From IMG/VR virus record IMGVR_UViG_3300008093_000057, positions 1-26,323 of that record: a stretch of 26,323 nt of DNA. One strand, 5' to 3'. Both the position numbers and the translations under genes were made by a program. The first letter of the stretch is position 1. Each line of letters starts with the position of its first letter. The notes beneath the pieces are model-generated. The model saw nothing but the letters and a program-made list of their open reading frames with translations. It was not told the origin of the DNA and ran no database searches. Shown one piece after another: positions 9,679-18,693 of this stretch. Source of the stretch: a virus (lineage: Duplodnaviria; Caudoviricetes).

Positions 9679-10683
9679 TTATAGTTCACTTAAATCCCAA
9701 TTAGATTCGCTTTTTCCATATTCTGATGGTTTGATGTGAAAGAAATCTTTTTTCATAGTTCCAGATATTGACATCTCAAACCATTCCATGCTTCTCATCA
9801 TTTGTTCGTCTACCTCATAAACCTCTTCTTCAATACCTAAAGCATACATTCTATCATTAATTCTATACTTCATAAAATTAATGAGTTCTTCTTTAGTAAG
9901 GTTTGGTAGTCTATTATCACCAAATATTTCATTGATGAAATTTTCTTCTAATTGCATTGCAACCCTAGCCGCATTAATTATAGTGTCTTTAAATTCTCTA
10001 GTCAATAGATCTGGTATTTCACTACACATCTGTCTAAATAACCTACAGCCCATATTAGAATGTAAAGATTCGTCTCTTACGCTATAACTTATTTGTTGGA
10101 AAATTCCAGGGAATAAACCTTGACTTCTAGAAGAGAATGATAATAGTGTTGCAAAAGATGAAAATAAAGTAACACCTTCTGCTATTCCACTAAATGCTGC
10201 TAAACTTAGCGCAAGTTTATTATAATCCAATTCACCCTTAGAATTTTCTAAGTTGGCATTGATTAAAACTTCCAATTTGTCAGAGAGATTTTTATCTTCT
10301 AGATATTGGTTAGATTCTTCAACTACATCTAAAGCCTCATTTAAATAGAAGTATGCTGCGGCGTGTGTTGCTTCTCTAGCACCAAAAGATTGAGCCATGT
10401 GTTTAATTTCATGTTTAGGAAAGTATTTCCTTACAACACCTGTCCAATAATCGCTAACTTCACACTCTACAGCAGCAAGTTGGGACAGAATTTTCTTAAT
10501 CATTGTCCTTTCAAATTCCAATAGCTCTTCGTTAAAATGCTTAACGTCTTCACCGTGCGGAATTTCAGTATGAACCCAATGGTAATTTTCGTGAGGTAAC
10601 CAACCGTCTTGGTAATATTCTGGATATTCAAATGGTTTGTAATTTTGTCTAGGGGTAAACAGTCTTGGTTGAGCTTTCTTCAT
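9679..10683 (-). CDS. nrdB: Ribonucleotide reductase class I beta subunit
   Basis: 'KPFEYP', 'EATHAAAY' (ExxH plus radical Tyr), 'EGVTLFSSF', 'RDESLH' and C-terminal 'DFF....EY'. Confidence 0.96.
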   Translation of the reverse strand: MKKAQPRLFTPRQNYKPFEYPEYYQDGWLPHENYHWVHTEIPHGEDVKHFNEELLEFERTMIKKILSQLAAVECEVSDYWTGVVRKYFPKHEIKHMAQSFGAREATHAAAYFYLNEALDVVEESNQYLEDKNLSDKLEVLINANLENSKGELDYNKLALSLAAFSGIAEGVTLFSSFATLLSFSSRSQGLFPGIFQQISYSVRDESLHSNMGCRLFRQMCSEIPDLLTREFKDTIINAARVAMQLEENFINEIFGDNRLPNLTKEELINFMKYRINDRMYALGIEEEVYEVDEQMMRSMEWFEMSISGTMKKDFFHIKPSEYGKSESNWDLSEL

Positions 10684-10741
10684 TATTTTAATATTATTAA
10701 TTTCGTTAAATCACTTATAATACTGTCCACTTAAAGCAGAT

Positions 10742-10782
10742 AATAAAACGGAGAGAAAGATGGTAATTTAGCCCCCTCTCCT
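10742..10782 (-). terminator. Probable intrinsic terminator of the tail tube gene
   Basis: Minus strand GGAGAGGGGG...CTTTCTCTCC stem (several G-U pairs) followed by GTTTTATT, just past the stop codon. Confidence 0.6.
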
Positions 10783-10786
10783 GAAT

Positions 10787-11353
10787 CTATTTAATAAATT
10801 TTTGTTCTACATTTTCAGCCACGAATTCCATTGATAACTTATAGATGTTATCATTGACTCTATTCAAGTCCCATTCGTTTGCTGGTTTAGATGGGAAAAT
10901 AATTTTAACTTCGGTTTTCCTAAGAACTTTACCCTTAAGATCATGAACCTCAACCACTAGGCTACCAGAGTAGTCAAATTTCTCCAATTGTAACCCATTT
11001 TCAGCGTCATAGCACAATTTAGCCCAATCTCTAAATAGAGCGTAAGGATAAATTTCTCCAGTAGATCTGTCTAAATTACATTCAAATTCCATGCTAAGTG
11101 TTATGGACGTGTCAGTAATAGTCCCAACAAATTTTCTAGAAGTGCCGTAATATTTCTGCTCAACAGTGTCTGGCATTTTATCAACATCTAAACCACCAAC
11201 GTTTTGTAACTGTTCGTCAATGACTTGGACGTTACCATATTTATTTCTTAACGCTTCTGGTAACAACCAAGTTGTTACGAATTTCGTTAGGTGTAATGGT
11301 TGATCCTTACTAGTACTAGTTTTGCTACCGCTAAAGTGATATTTATTTTCCAT
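10787..11353 (-). CDS. Tail tube protein, T4 gp19-like
   Basis: 188 aa with 'VEQKY.G..RKF.G', 'F RDW..L.YD..NG....K.DY.G.L.V...D..G.V.R......FP' pattern typical of gp19-family tubes. Confidence 0.8.
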   Translation of the reverse strand: MENKYHFSGSKTSTSKDQPLHLTKFVTTWLLPEALRNKYGNVQVIDEQLQNVGGLDVDKMPDTVEQKYYGTSRKFVGTITDTSITLSMEFECNLDRSTGEIYPYALFRDWAKLCYDAENGLQLEKFDYSGSLVVEVHDLKGKVLRKTEVKIIFPSKPANEWDLNRVNDNIYKLSMEFVAENVEQKFIK

Positions 11354-11514
11354 TTCTAAAATCTCAATGTTATCACTATATTTATTAAATTTTCTTATTA
11401 TTGATTATAAAATGAACAATAAAAATGGTCAAGGATATTATGGTTTTCAAGATGCTGCGGGCAAGTAGCATAATATATCAGAAACTTCCGCCAGATGTAT
11501 TTTTTAATTAAATT

Positions 11515-11580
11515 TATGACAACTGGTCATGAGTTCGCACCGTTGTCATATTTGCGTCATAAAATTAGACGAAGCGTCAG
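11515..11580. promoter_or_regulatory. Cluster of TGAC/GTCA half-sites (candidate operator region)
   Basis: ATGAC-N5-GTCAT at 11516-11530. TATGACAAC/GTTGTCATA inverted pair. Further GTCA at 11556 and 11576. Lies in a divergent intergenic gap. Confidence 0.4.
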
Positions 11581-11687
11581 AATTGCTAGAAGTTTATGAA
11601 AAAATTAAAAATTTGATATAAGAAGCAATTTAAATTACAAAACGGAACGATTTTTGAAAATAATTATTTGAACAAAAAACTGAAATC

Positions 11688-12338
11688 ATGAAATTAACAG
11701 AAAAACAACAAAAATTAATGGAGTTCTTAAAAAGAAATAAGAACCAGCACAACAGTTTAAACAGACAAGAAGTAGTAGATCATTTTGATAAACACTTTGG
11801 AATAAACTGCGTGTCTTTCGGATTAATCTTATCTAATCTAAAAGATAAAAAATTAGTAAGAGTATCTAAAAGCAATAAACTTATTATTGTATTAGAACCA
11901 GTAAAGGAACAAAGCACAAAATCAGATAATAGTACTAAAACGACTATGAGTAGTAAGATTGATGGCTTTGACTCAAAATCAATAAACACTTTTAAGGATG
12001 CAATTGAGGAGAAATTTAAGGAGATATCTAAGCAGTATGGGCTAAAAATAAGCACTGGAACTATTAGATATCAAACAGATAATGCAAAGTTTACTGTAGA
12101 AATAGTTGTGGCTGACAAAGAAGAGAGTATTGAAAGAAGAAACTGGGATTTAAGTTGCTTTCTTTATGGGCTAAAACCAGAACAATATAAAACTAGAGTC
12201 ATGCTAGATAAAGGGTTGTATGCTACAGCAATCAAAATAAACAACAAATCACCAAAGTATCCTATAGAAATGGTAAAAAACGACGGTAAAATGGTAAAAT
12301 GTAGCGTTAGTCACTTTATAGACTTAATGAAAAAATAA
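11688..12338 (+). CDS. Hypothetical protein with N-terminal LexA-like winged-helix domain
   Basis: 'MKLTEKQQKLMEFLK...QEVVDHF....I..VSF..ILSNLKDKKLV' wHTH-like pattern, Ser/Thr linker, unrelated C-terminal domain. Confidence 0.55.
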   Translation: MKLTEKQQKLMEFLKRNKNQHNSLNRQEVVDHFDKHFGINCVSFGLILSNLKDKKLVRVSKSNKLIIVLEPVKEQSTKSDNSTKTTMSSKIDGFDSKSINTFKDAIEEKFKEISKQYGLKISTGTIRYQTDNAKFTVEIVVADKEESIERRNWDLSCFLYGLKPEQYKTRVMLDKGLYATAIKINNKSPKYPIEMVKNDGKMVKCSVSHFIDLMKK

Positions 12339-12366
12339 ATTATTAATAAACAAAAACAATAGTATC

Positions 12367-12894
12367 ATGAAAACTGACATCAAACAAATTAAGAAAAACT
12401 TACAAAATCTGAACGTCATGGAAATCCAATGGCTTAAATGTTGGATAGATAACGAGGATTTTGATGATGAAGAAACAGAGGTGGAATTGGACAAACACCT
12501 AGAAAACAGAGACGAAATTTCTAACTTTATAGAAAATTCAACAGATAACCGTGTTCTAGAAGAATTTAGTAAAGATTTGTTGGAGAAGAAACCAGAACTA
12601 CACAAAGCACTATTCGGCAAGGTTGCGGTGGCTAAAACCGTTGAAAAAAAGGATGGTGGTGTGAAATTAACTCCATTGCAAAAGGAAACCATAAAAAGGA
12701 TTAGTAAGAGACTAATTAAAAAGGATAAAGTCTATGCTAAGGATTTGGTTACTCCTAAGAATTCCATATACAGAATTGGAGCTGTAATAACTACACTAGT
12801 AGAAAAGGGTATAATATCCATGGTGGATGGTGACAGTAAACACGCACCTAAACGAATACTTATACACAAACAACACGAAAATTTATTCAAATAA
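12367..12894 (+). CDS. Hypothetical protein with C-terminal winged-helix-like domain
   Basis: Acidic N-terminus, then 'KLTPLQKETIKRI...IGAVITTLVEKGII'. Confidence 0.5.
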   Translation: MKTDIKQIKKNLQNLNVMEIQWLKCWIDNEDFDDEETEVELDKHLENRDEISNFIENSTDNRVLEEFSKDLLEKKPELHKALFGKVAVAKTVEKKDGGVKLTPLQKETIKRISKRLIKKDKVYAKDLVTPKNSIYRIGAVITTLVEKGIISMVDGDSKHAPKRILIHKQHENLFK

Positions 12895-12974
12895 AATAAT
12901 TTACTGAAACATATTAAGGAGATTAGTTTTATTTTAATAGTTAACCTGAAATTAACAACAACCAAACATTAAAA

Positions 12975-13916
12975 ATGAACAAAAAATTTAACACCAGAGT
13001 ACAAGAGTGCGCAGAGATATTCTTTAACTCAAGAACAGAAAAAAATTTTAGTGGAATATATAGAGAATTAAATTCTATAGTAAGGAGTTCATCCTCCAAT
13101 ATTCTAAAAAACGACGAAGATTTAATACAGGAAGTCATAGATCAAGTTGCCATGACGATATGGAAAGCAGAAGATATATTTGATAAGGATAAGAGCTTCT
13201 TATCTTGGATTTATATTAGTAGTAAAAACGCTGCTATAAGGTTATATAGAAAGAAGCGCAAAAGAAACGAGATTATGGAGAGCGACATGATATTTGATGA
13301 CTCAGAAGGAGACTCCAGCATATTTGAAAATAACCTGTATCAAGAGAACAACTACAATTCACAGGAGAACAACGTCAAATACTACGATTCCATAGAATTC
13401 CACAATTGTCCAGAGAAACAACACGAGTTTATTTTAGACATGCTGAAAAAATGCTATTCTGGAGAGGAGTATGATATACTATATAAAGCTATAATTCTAA
13501 AAGAAAGTCCAGAAAACATAGCAAAAGAATTTAATATTAACAGCAGAATTACTGTAACCAGCAGAAACAGAAGAGCTAGAAATGTTTTGAAGAAATTGCT
13601 AGATCAGGAGTTACAATCTAGCTTGATTAAAGAAGACAAAACGATTTCTGGTAAAATAGTCGTTAATATTAACGAAGGCAGAACTAGAATAGAGTGTGAG
13701 AGATTAAATGGTAAACTGCACGGAGAATTTAAAGAGTATTATGCTAGTGGTAAAATAAAAACAGTAGGTCAATTTACTGATGGTAAAAAGACAGGTGTTT
13801 GGAATTATTATTTAGAAAATGGTAAGAAAGAACAAAACGTCAATTACGATCATAGAGGGGCTTATGTCAAATTTGACAGGTTCGAAACTGTTAAGAAAAT
13901 TGGTTTTTTAAACTAA
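12975..13916 (+). CDS. ECF/sigma-70 family sigma factor fused to C-terminal MORN-type repeats
   Basis: Region 2 'DEDLIQEV...IWK...FD..KSFLSWIY...KNAAI..YRK'. Region 4 'ENIAKEFNI....TVTSRNRRARNVLK'. Tail 'NGKLHGEFKEYYASGKIK..GQF.DGKKTGVWNYYLENGK'. Confidence 0.82.
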   Translation: MNKKFNTRVQECAEIFFNSRTEKNFSGIYRELNSIVRSSSSNILKNDEDLIQEVIDQVAMTIWKAEDIFDKDKSFLSWIYISSKNAAIRLYRKKRKRNEIMESDMIFDDSEGDSSIFENNLYQENNYNSQENNVKYYDSIEFHNCPEKQHEFILDMLKKCYSGEEYDILYKAIILKESPENIAKEFNINSRITVTSRNRRARNVLKKLLDQELQSSLIKEDKTISGKIVVNINEGRTRIECERLNGKLHGEFKEYYASGKIKTVGQFTDGKKTGVWNYYLENGKKEQNVNYDHRGAYVKFDRFETVKKIGFLN

Positions 13917-13929
13917 AATTGCCTCATAA

Positions 13930-14604
13930 ATGAAGATTACTGATAGGATTAAAAAGATAAAAAAACTAGTTGGCTCTAATATAAAATTGGATTTAAAACT
14001 CCCCAGCGAAGAATTTGAGCAAATAGGAGATCAAGGAGAAATTCTAGATTTAGAAATAGAGGACATCTATGAAATAAATTTGCTAGTTAAATTTAAAGGG
14101 TATAAGACTCTACCATACATTGGTAGAGTCAAACTAGATAAAATATCCAGAGTACCATTAGTTATAAAAGATGGTGGTAGAATATGGTACTATAGTTATG
14201 ATTGCGATTCAGATATTATAAAAAATGTTTTTTTCACAAAGAATGACTATAATAGCAGCCTTATATCTGATTACGATGAAAATATTATAGACATAATCGA
14301 AGAGGAGTTGAGAAAGATTAATATCAATATCAACGTCCAGAAGCAAGGTGTGCCTCAAAAACCTATAAGTGCCATAATGAAAAAATATGGCGTTAATTTG
14401 GAACAAGCCACACATTTAAACCAATTAGGCTTAACAGTAGGAAGATGGAAAGATGAGTCTAACGCTGTAGTTCAGAGCAGCAATTTTTTAGACCAAAAGA
14501 TTATATACGAGATACATAATAACATTATAAGAAAAGAAGAACTGGTGATTCAGCTAGGTTTATTAAAATTAACTAAAGAAAGAAAAGAAAGAAAAAATGG
14601 TTAA
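13930..14604 (+). CDS. Hypothetical protein
   Basis: 224 aa ORF in tight operon-like spacing; no motif recognised. Confidence 0.7.
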   Translation: MKITDRIKKIKKLVGSNIKLDLKLPSEEFEQIGDQGEILDLEIEDIYEINLLVKFKGYKTLPYIGRVKLDKISRVPLVIKDGGRIWYYSYDCDSDIIKNVFFTKNDYNSSLISDYDENIIDIIEEELRKINININVQKQGVPQKPISAIMKKYGVNLEQATHLNQLGLTVGRWKDESNAVVQSSNFLDQKIIYEIHNNIIRKEELVIQLGLLKLTKERKERKNG

Positions 14605-15073
14605 AAACAATTTTTATTATGGACAAATAGATCTTATAATTGAAGATCTGAAATTACTGAAAAAAATTAAAGGAAAAGTTTTTGCTGAGAGAATTTTAAT
14701 CATTGCTAAGGAAGTGGAGCAAGTTAGATTAAAACTTGTGAAATTAAAAACTGCCCCAGACACGCCAGAAGTAAAGGAATATGAAAAAAGACTTGAAGGT
14801 ATATATAGAGAATCAGTCTCTATGGGTGAAGATGGGAAGCCTGTGCAAGTTAATGGTAAATACCAAATATCTAACATTGAGGAGTACAACAAGAAAGTTG
14901 CCGTTCTAAATGATGAAATGAAAGATACCTATGAAATGCTACTTGGTATCGAAAAAAGATTTGAAGAAGAATTGGATAGAACGTTTAAATTATCCATTAT
15001 AGAATCAAGCCATATCCCCAATACCGTTTCAGCCGAAGAATTGGAAGTAATAAAGAATTATGCTAAAAGATAA
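14597..15073 (+). CDS. Hypothetical helical phage protein (weakly DUF1617-like)
   Basis: 158 aa, overlaps both neighbours. 'EDGKPVQVNGKYQI' hairpin between helices. Confidence 0.6.
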   Translation: MVKNNFYYGQIDLIIEDLKLLKKIKGKVFAERILIIAKEVEQVRLKLVKLKTAPDTPEVKEYEKRLEGIYRESVSMGEDGKPVQVNGKYQISNIEEYNKKVAVLNDEMKDTYEMLLGIEKRFEEELDRTFKLSIIESSHIPNTVSAEELEVIKNYAKR

Positions 15074-15449
15074 CATTGCTAAATTCCATATTGATGATTG
15101 GGATCCTAATTTATTTCAAGAATTAAAAAACTTGAATGCTGTTTGGGATCCTATCAACTATAGTTTCCACACCAGCTGTGAGAAAACCAAAATTGCTGTG
15201 ACTAAGGTTATCAACTTTTATAGAGAGCCGTACAAACTAATGACTAAGAGCCAGAGGTCGCTTAGGGATAAGTTGTGTTCTGAAATAAACGAAGACTTGT
15301 ACGCAAAGAGAGTTGGTAATAAAATACATTTCTGCAATACCAACGGATTAAGTACAGTAACAATTATAAAGGCTAAACTCATAAAATTAGGTTACAACGT
15401 AGTGGAGGTGGTAAATGACAATAGAGTAGTTATAGAACTTAACTTATAA
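15060..15449 (+). CDS. Hypothetical protein
   Basis: 129 aa ORF ending the + strand run; converges on the gp25-like gene. Confidence 0.65.
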   Translation: MLKDNIAKFHIDDWDPNLFQELKNLNAVWDPINYSFHTSCEKTKIAVTKVINFYREPYKLMTKSQRSLRDKLCSEINEDLYAKRVGNKIHFCNTNGLSTVTIIKAKLIKLGYNVVEVVNDNRVVIELNL

Positions 15450-15819
15450 CTATTTTGGTGGTGGTTTTAATCTTAGGGTTGAATTTATTGGAAATATCTA
15501 ACAATACCAAACAAACTTCTCTAATGTTTCCTTTAGCAAACATAACTTCAACGTTATAGTTGTAATTAGCTGCTAGTAATGAGTACTTAGATATTGATTC
15601 CACAATTTTGTTTTGTATTCTATTAATGTCTGGATCAATAGAAAATATGTACCTTTCTAAGTCCCCATCCATACCCATAGCACCCATAACACTACCTCTA
15701 CCAGTAGATAAACACAACTTTATTTCTTCTACAAATATGTCTAATTCGTTTTCTACAAATGGATTATCTGGGTCATAACTGACCTCTCCTATATTGTCTA
15801 GATTAAAAGTTGCATTCAT
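15439..15819 (-). CDS. Baseplate wedge/sheath initiator, gp25-like
   Basis: 126 aa with 'EIKLCLST.RGSV.G...M.G.LERYIF....I...I...I.KY' pattern. Confidence 0.7.
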   Translation of the reverse strand: MNATFNLDNIGEVSYDPDNPFVENELDIFVEEIKLCLSTGRGSVMGAMGMDGDLERYIFSIDPDINRIQNKIVESISKYSLLAANYNYNVEVMFAKGNIREVCLVLLDISNKFNPKIKTTTKIVIS

Positions 15820-16433
15820 TAGTATACGTATTTTTCATTAGTAATGTCCACTCTCTTTAATATATTTCTTTTTATTTTGAAATCAGTATACAAAAATCTA
15901 ACCGTGAATTCGATGTCTCTAACCTTAAGCGATTCCTTATCTAAACTTATGTCGTCTATGGCGTAAAATACTATATTCTCATATATCCTTTCAAACGCTA
16001 TTTGCCCTTCTTCGTTTAATATGAACATTGTTAGATTGTTCAAGAAGGCATCGTCACCTGTAACGTAATTATTGTCAGAATTATTGTCAGAGTCGCTATA
16101 AGCCTGCAATTGGTCTAATAATATGAAGTAATTAAGAAATCCTGTAGTCATTCTAAAGGTAAGCTGCAGCTGTTTGTTTGAGGATTCACTCAAGTTTATT
16201 CCGCTCCTAAACATTACTTTCTTAGATCCTTTACCCTTAGTCTGTTCATTTGTACTAGAGGTAAATCCAGTAAAATTTGCTCTTACTAAAGTGGAAGCTA
16301 AAAAATCGTTTATATTAACGAATAACCAATTATTTGCATCAAACCAATCCCTATACATGTCTTTAATTCTCTCATATAAGAAATTGTCTGGCAATACTAC
16401 AATAAAATCAGATGACTGTGGTGACTGAATCAT
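15819..16433 (-). CDS. Tail tube-fold protein, T4 gp3-like (tail completion)
   Basis: 'L.LTF.....F.NY', 'LTMFILN..G......YEN.....I..I.L......EFTV.F.YT.F.I'. Translationally coupled to the gp25-like gene. Confidence 0.6.
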   Translation of the reverse strand: MIQSPQSSDFIVVLPDNFLYERIKDMYRDWFDANNWLFVNINDFLASTLVRANFTGFTSSTNEQTKGKGSKKVMFRSGINLSESSNKQLQLTFRMTTGFLNYFILLDQLQAYSDSDNNSDNNYVTGDDAFLNNLTMFILNEEGQIAFERIYENIVFYAIDDISLDKESLKVRDIEFTVRFLYTDFKIKRNILKRVDITNEKYVY

Positions 16434-16457
16434 TTGCGTTTTAATTATTTATTACAA

Positions 16458-17105
16458 CTATAGTATTATCTTTGGTTCTTTTTTGAAAGGTTCAAACCCC
16501 AACCTAGCTTTATATAGCCTATAAATTTCTCTAGCCTCCTTCTTAATTAAGAATTGATTAGAAAACGTTAAAACCCTCCACAAGTCTCTGTGAGATATAG
16601 CTCTGGGCTCTGTTTTTATTCTTTCGGGAATGTAACTCCTGATAGCAAACCCAAATCCACTACCATTAAGCATTTTAACAAGTGCATGGTAATCAGAATT
16701 TTTAAGATTTCTTACACTAATACCTCCTCTGTTAATAACTTTCTCTATTTTATCAATTTGGTTCATATTAGAAGTAAAGACCTTGTCCAAAACAGCCGCT
16801 CTAATTTTGGGTGGAATGAAGTGCAAATTTATCATCATTGGGTTACCAACGCTATCCTGTCTATAACCAATAAAAAGACTTATGGGAAACGCAGAGTAAA
16901 ATTCCAGCTCCTCTTTAAACTTAGGATCATCATATACGAAAGTGTAAGTCCTACCCAAAATAAATGGGTCTGGAGTATGGTCGTCTCTGGGTTTTATTAG
17001 TTCGTCTATGTACAATTTTTTGTACCAATTGAGATTATGGTATCGTATGCTAGAATCACCCCTAGCTCTTCTTTCTATTTTTAATTGATCACTCGGTAAT
17101 ATCAT
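16458..17105 (-). CDS. DNA end protector protein, T4 gp2-like (likely start MILPSDQ at 17105)
   Basis: 'GRTYTFVYD.PK.KE.L.FY..FP.....G........INLHFIPP..R' and 'FAIRSY' match gp2. The longer track start runs into the 87-bp repeat; AATATATA precedes the ATG at 17105. Confidence 0.78.
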   Translation of the reverse strand: MILPSDQLKIERRARGDSSIRYHNLNWYKKLYIDELIKPRDDHTPDPFILGRTYTFVYDDPKFKEELEFYSAFPISLFIGYRQDSVGNPMMINLHFIPPKIRAAVLDKVFTSNMNQIDKIEKVINRGGISVRNLKNSDYHALVKMLNGSGFGFAIRSYIPERIKTEPRAISHRDLWRVLTFSNQFLIKKEAREIYRLYKARLGFEPFKKEPKIIL

Positions 17106-17155
17106 ACTAATTATATATTTCTCAATGAGTGAATTAAAAATTTTGCGGCTAGGCT

Positions 17156-17242
17156 TCTGACAAGGAACATACCCCCCTATAAGGGGGTAGATAGAAAACA
17201 TACGCAGAGCAGAACCAGCGAGGAATTAGTTTTGGATAATTT
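17156..17242. repeat. 87-bp direct repeat, copy 1
   Basis: TCTGACAAGGAACATACCCCCCTATAAGGGGGTAG...GGATAATTT; matches 17398-17484 with 2 mismatches. Confidence 0.95.
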
Positions 17243-17397
17243 CTTTTATCATAATTATTTTGGACGTTTCATAGTAATGTGGTTGTATAATTTTTATTAA
17301 TTTTTCATGTAATTCTCAATTTCTCAATACATTATTAGATCAGCTAAACAATAAATCAATGATATCCTGATTTAATTCTTTATTTGTTATCTGGTTC

Positions 17398-17484
17398 TCT
17401 GACAAGGAACATACCCCCCTATAAGGGGGTAGATAGAAAACATACGCAGAGTAGAACCAGCGAGGAATTAGGTTTGGATAATTT
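17398..17484. repeat. 87-bp direct repeat, copy 2
   Basis: 242 bp after copy 1; same TACCCCC-N6-GGGGGTA hairpin. Confidence 0.95.
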
Positions 17485-17900
17485 TTCCTATTATCATTCC
17501 ATTGGAAATTTTTTCTATTGTTATGATATTATTGTAATTATGTTTCCAGCCAATCCTTGATTTATTCAAGCAATTTTCTTTTATTATAATTCTATCAGCA
17601 ATTTCATCATTCATTGTTTTCTTTTAATTATTATATCCGCATGGAATTGCTTATTTATTGTTGGTTTATTGCTTTTATTATCATTCTCCTAATTTACCCA
17701 CTTTTATACGCCTCCTCTTATACAAAAAATATACCCTTTCTACAATTTTATCGTCAATAATATTATTATATCATCTTAATCTATCTTTAATAGAAAATAT
17801 ATTACCCGTATCAAATGATATACAGTTCTATTATTTTTCATAATTGGAAACGCAATCGTTAATACATAATTTTTATACTTTGAAATTAAATTCTACAAAT

Positions 17901-18182
17901 ATGGAAGTAAAAAATTCTGAGGGAACTATTGTTAAAATTATTAAAAACGATAGAACTGGTCGAAATCTAGTGATAGTGGGCGGTGCAATAGTAAGTGTTT
18001 TTGATATAGAAACGATTGATGAACATAAAAGACTTGGTTTTATTTCCAAATTTAGAAGAGGACTAAAGTCAATGAAGGATTATGAATTAAATAGAGCTTC
18101 CATTCATAACATGATTTCAGACATTAATAAGGAATTAGAAGAAACCACTAAGTTTGAGCAATTTCCAATTAAAAGCCTGTAA
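17901..18182 (+). CDS. Hypothetical protein (likely start MEVKNS)
   Basis: First ORF of a + strand run; ATG at 17901 preferred over the TTG start. Confidence 0.65.
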   Translation: MEVKNSEGTIVKIIKNDRTGRNLVIVGGAIVSVFDIETIDEHKRLGFISKFRRGLKSMKDYELNRASIHNMISDINKELEETTKFEQFPIKSL

Positions 18183-18186
18183 AACT

Positions 18187-18453
18187 ATGAGTGATATAAA
18201 ATACGTAATAGTAGCCATGCTTAGTAAAATTAGAGAAGGAGAACACATATCATCTACAGAAGCCGCCATAATATTTGATGCTACTGTAGTGCATTCTAGA
18301 GTGATTCCAAATGGTATGGTCGCTATAAGTGCTGGATTTTTAATTATTGGTAACAGTGGTATCAGATTAGATTCTAGGTGTTATGGAGAAAGCGTTTCTT
18401 TAGGATTAAAATCTAACCCAAAAAAGATCGTAGGATTGTTAACAGTTTGTTAA
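18187..18453 (+). CDS. Hypothetical protein (likely start MSDIKY)
   Basis: ATG 4 nt after the previous stop. 'CYGESVSLGLKS' C-terminal motif. Confidence 0.65.
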   Translation: MSDIKYVIVAMLSKIREGEHISSTEAAIIFDATVVHSRVIPNGMVAISAGFLIIGNSGIRLDSRCYGESVSLGLKSNPKKIVGLLTVC

Positions 18454-18488
18454 ACAGAATGAATTATCACTTTTAATAAAAATAATGT

Positions 18489-18689
18489 ATGATTATAGGG
18501 AAATACGTAATTAGAAGATCTAAAACTATTAAAGATATACTAATTGATAGAGAATCTGCTAACAAAGAACACACTACTAGAATGCTACAAATATACAGTT
18601 GTAGGATATTTGGATTATGCTTCTACAGAGCTGATCCAGTATATTGTGAAGAGAGAAAGGAAATTTTTAAACGAAAACCAAAAATATAA
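18489..18689 (+). CDS. Small hypothetical protein
   Basis: 66 aa ORF that fills the gap exactly if the next gene starts at 18694. Confidence 0.5.
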   Translation: MIIGKYVIRRSKTIKDILIDRESANKEHTTRMLQIYSCRIFGLCFYRADPVYCEERKEIFKRKPKI

Positions 18690-18693
18690 AATT

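Noticed and set aside
11412-11468. Short ORF MNNKNGQGYYGFQDAAGK
   Set aside because: Only 18 codons with no supporting signal; cannot be told apart from chance.
17156-17484. CRISPR or TIGR-like array
   Set aside because: Only two copies, 87-bp repeat with 155-bp spacer, and no cas or tas-like gene in the window.
17658-17843. 61 aa ORF in the long intergenic region
   Set aside because: TTG start and low-complexity AT-driven composition; likely spurious.
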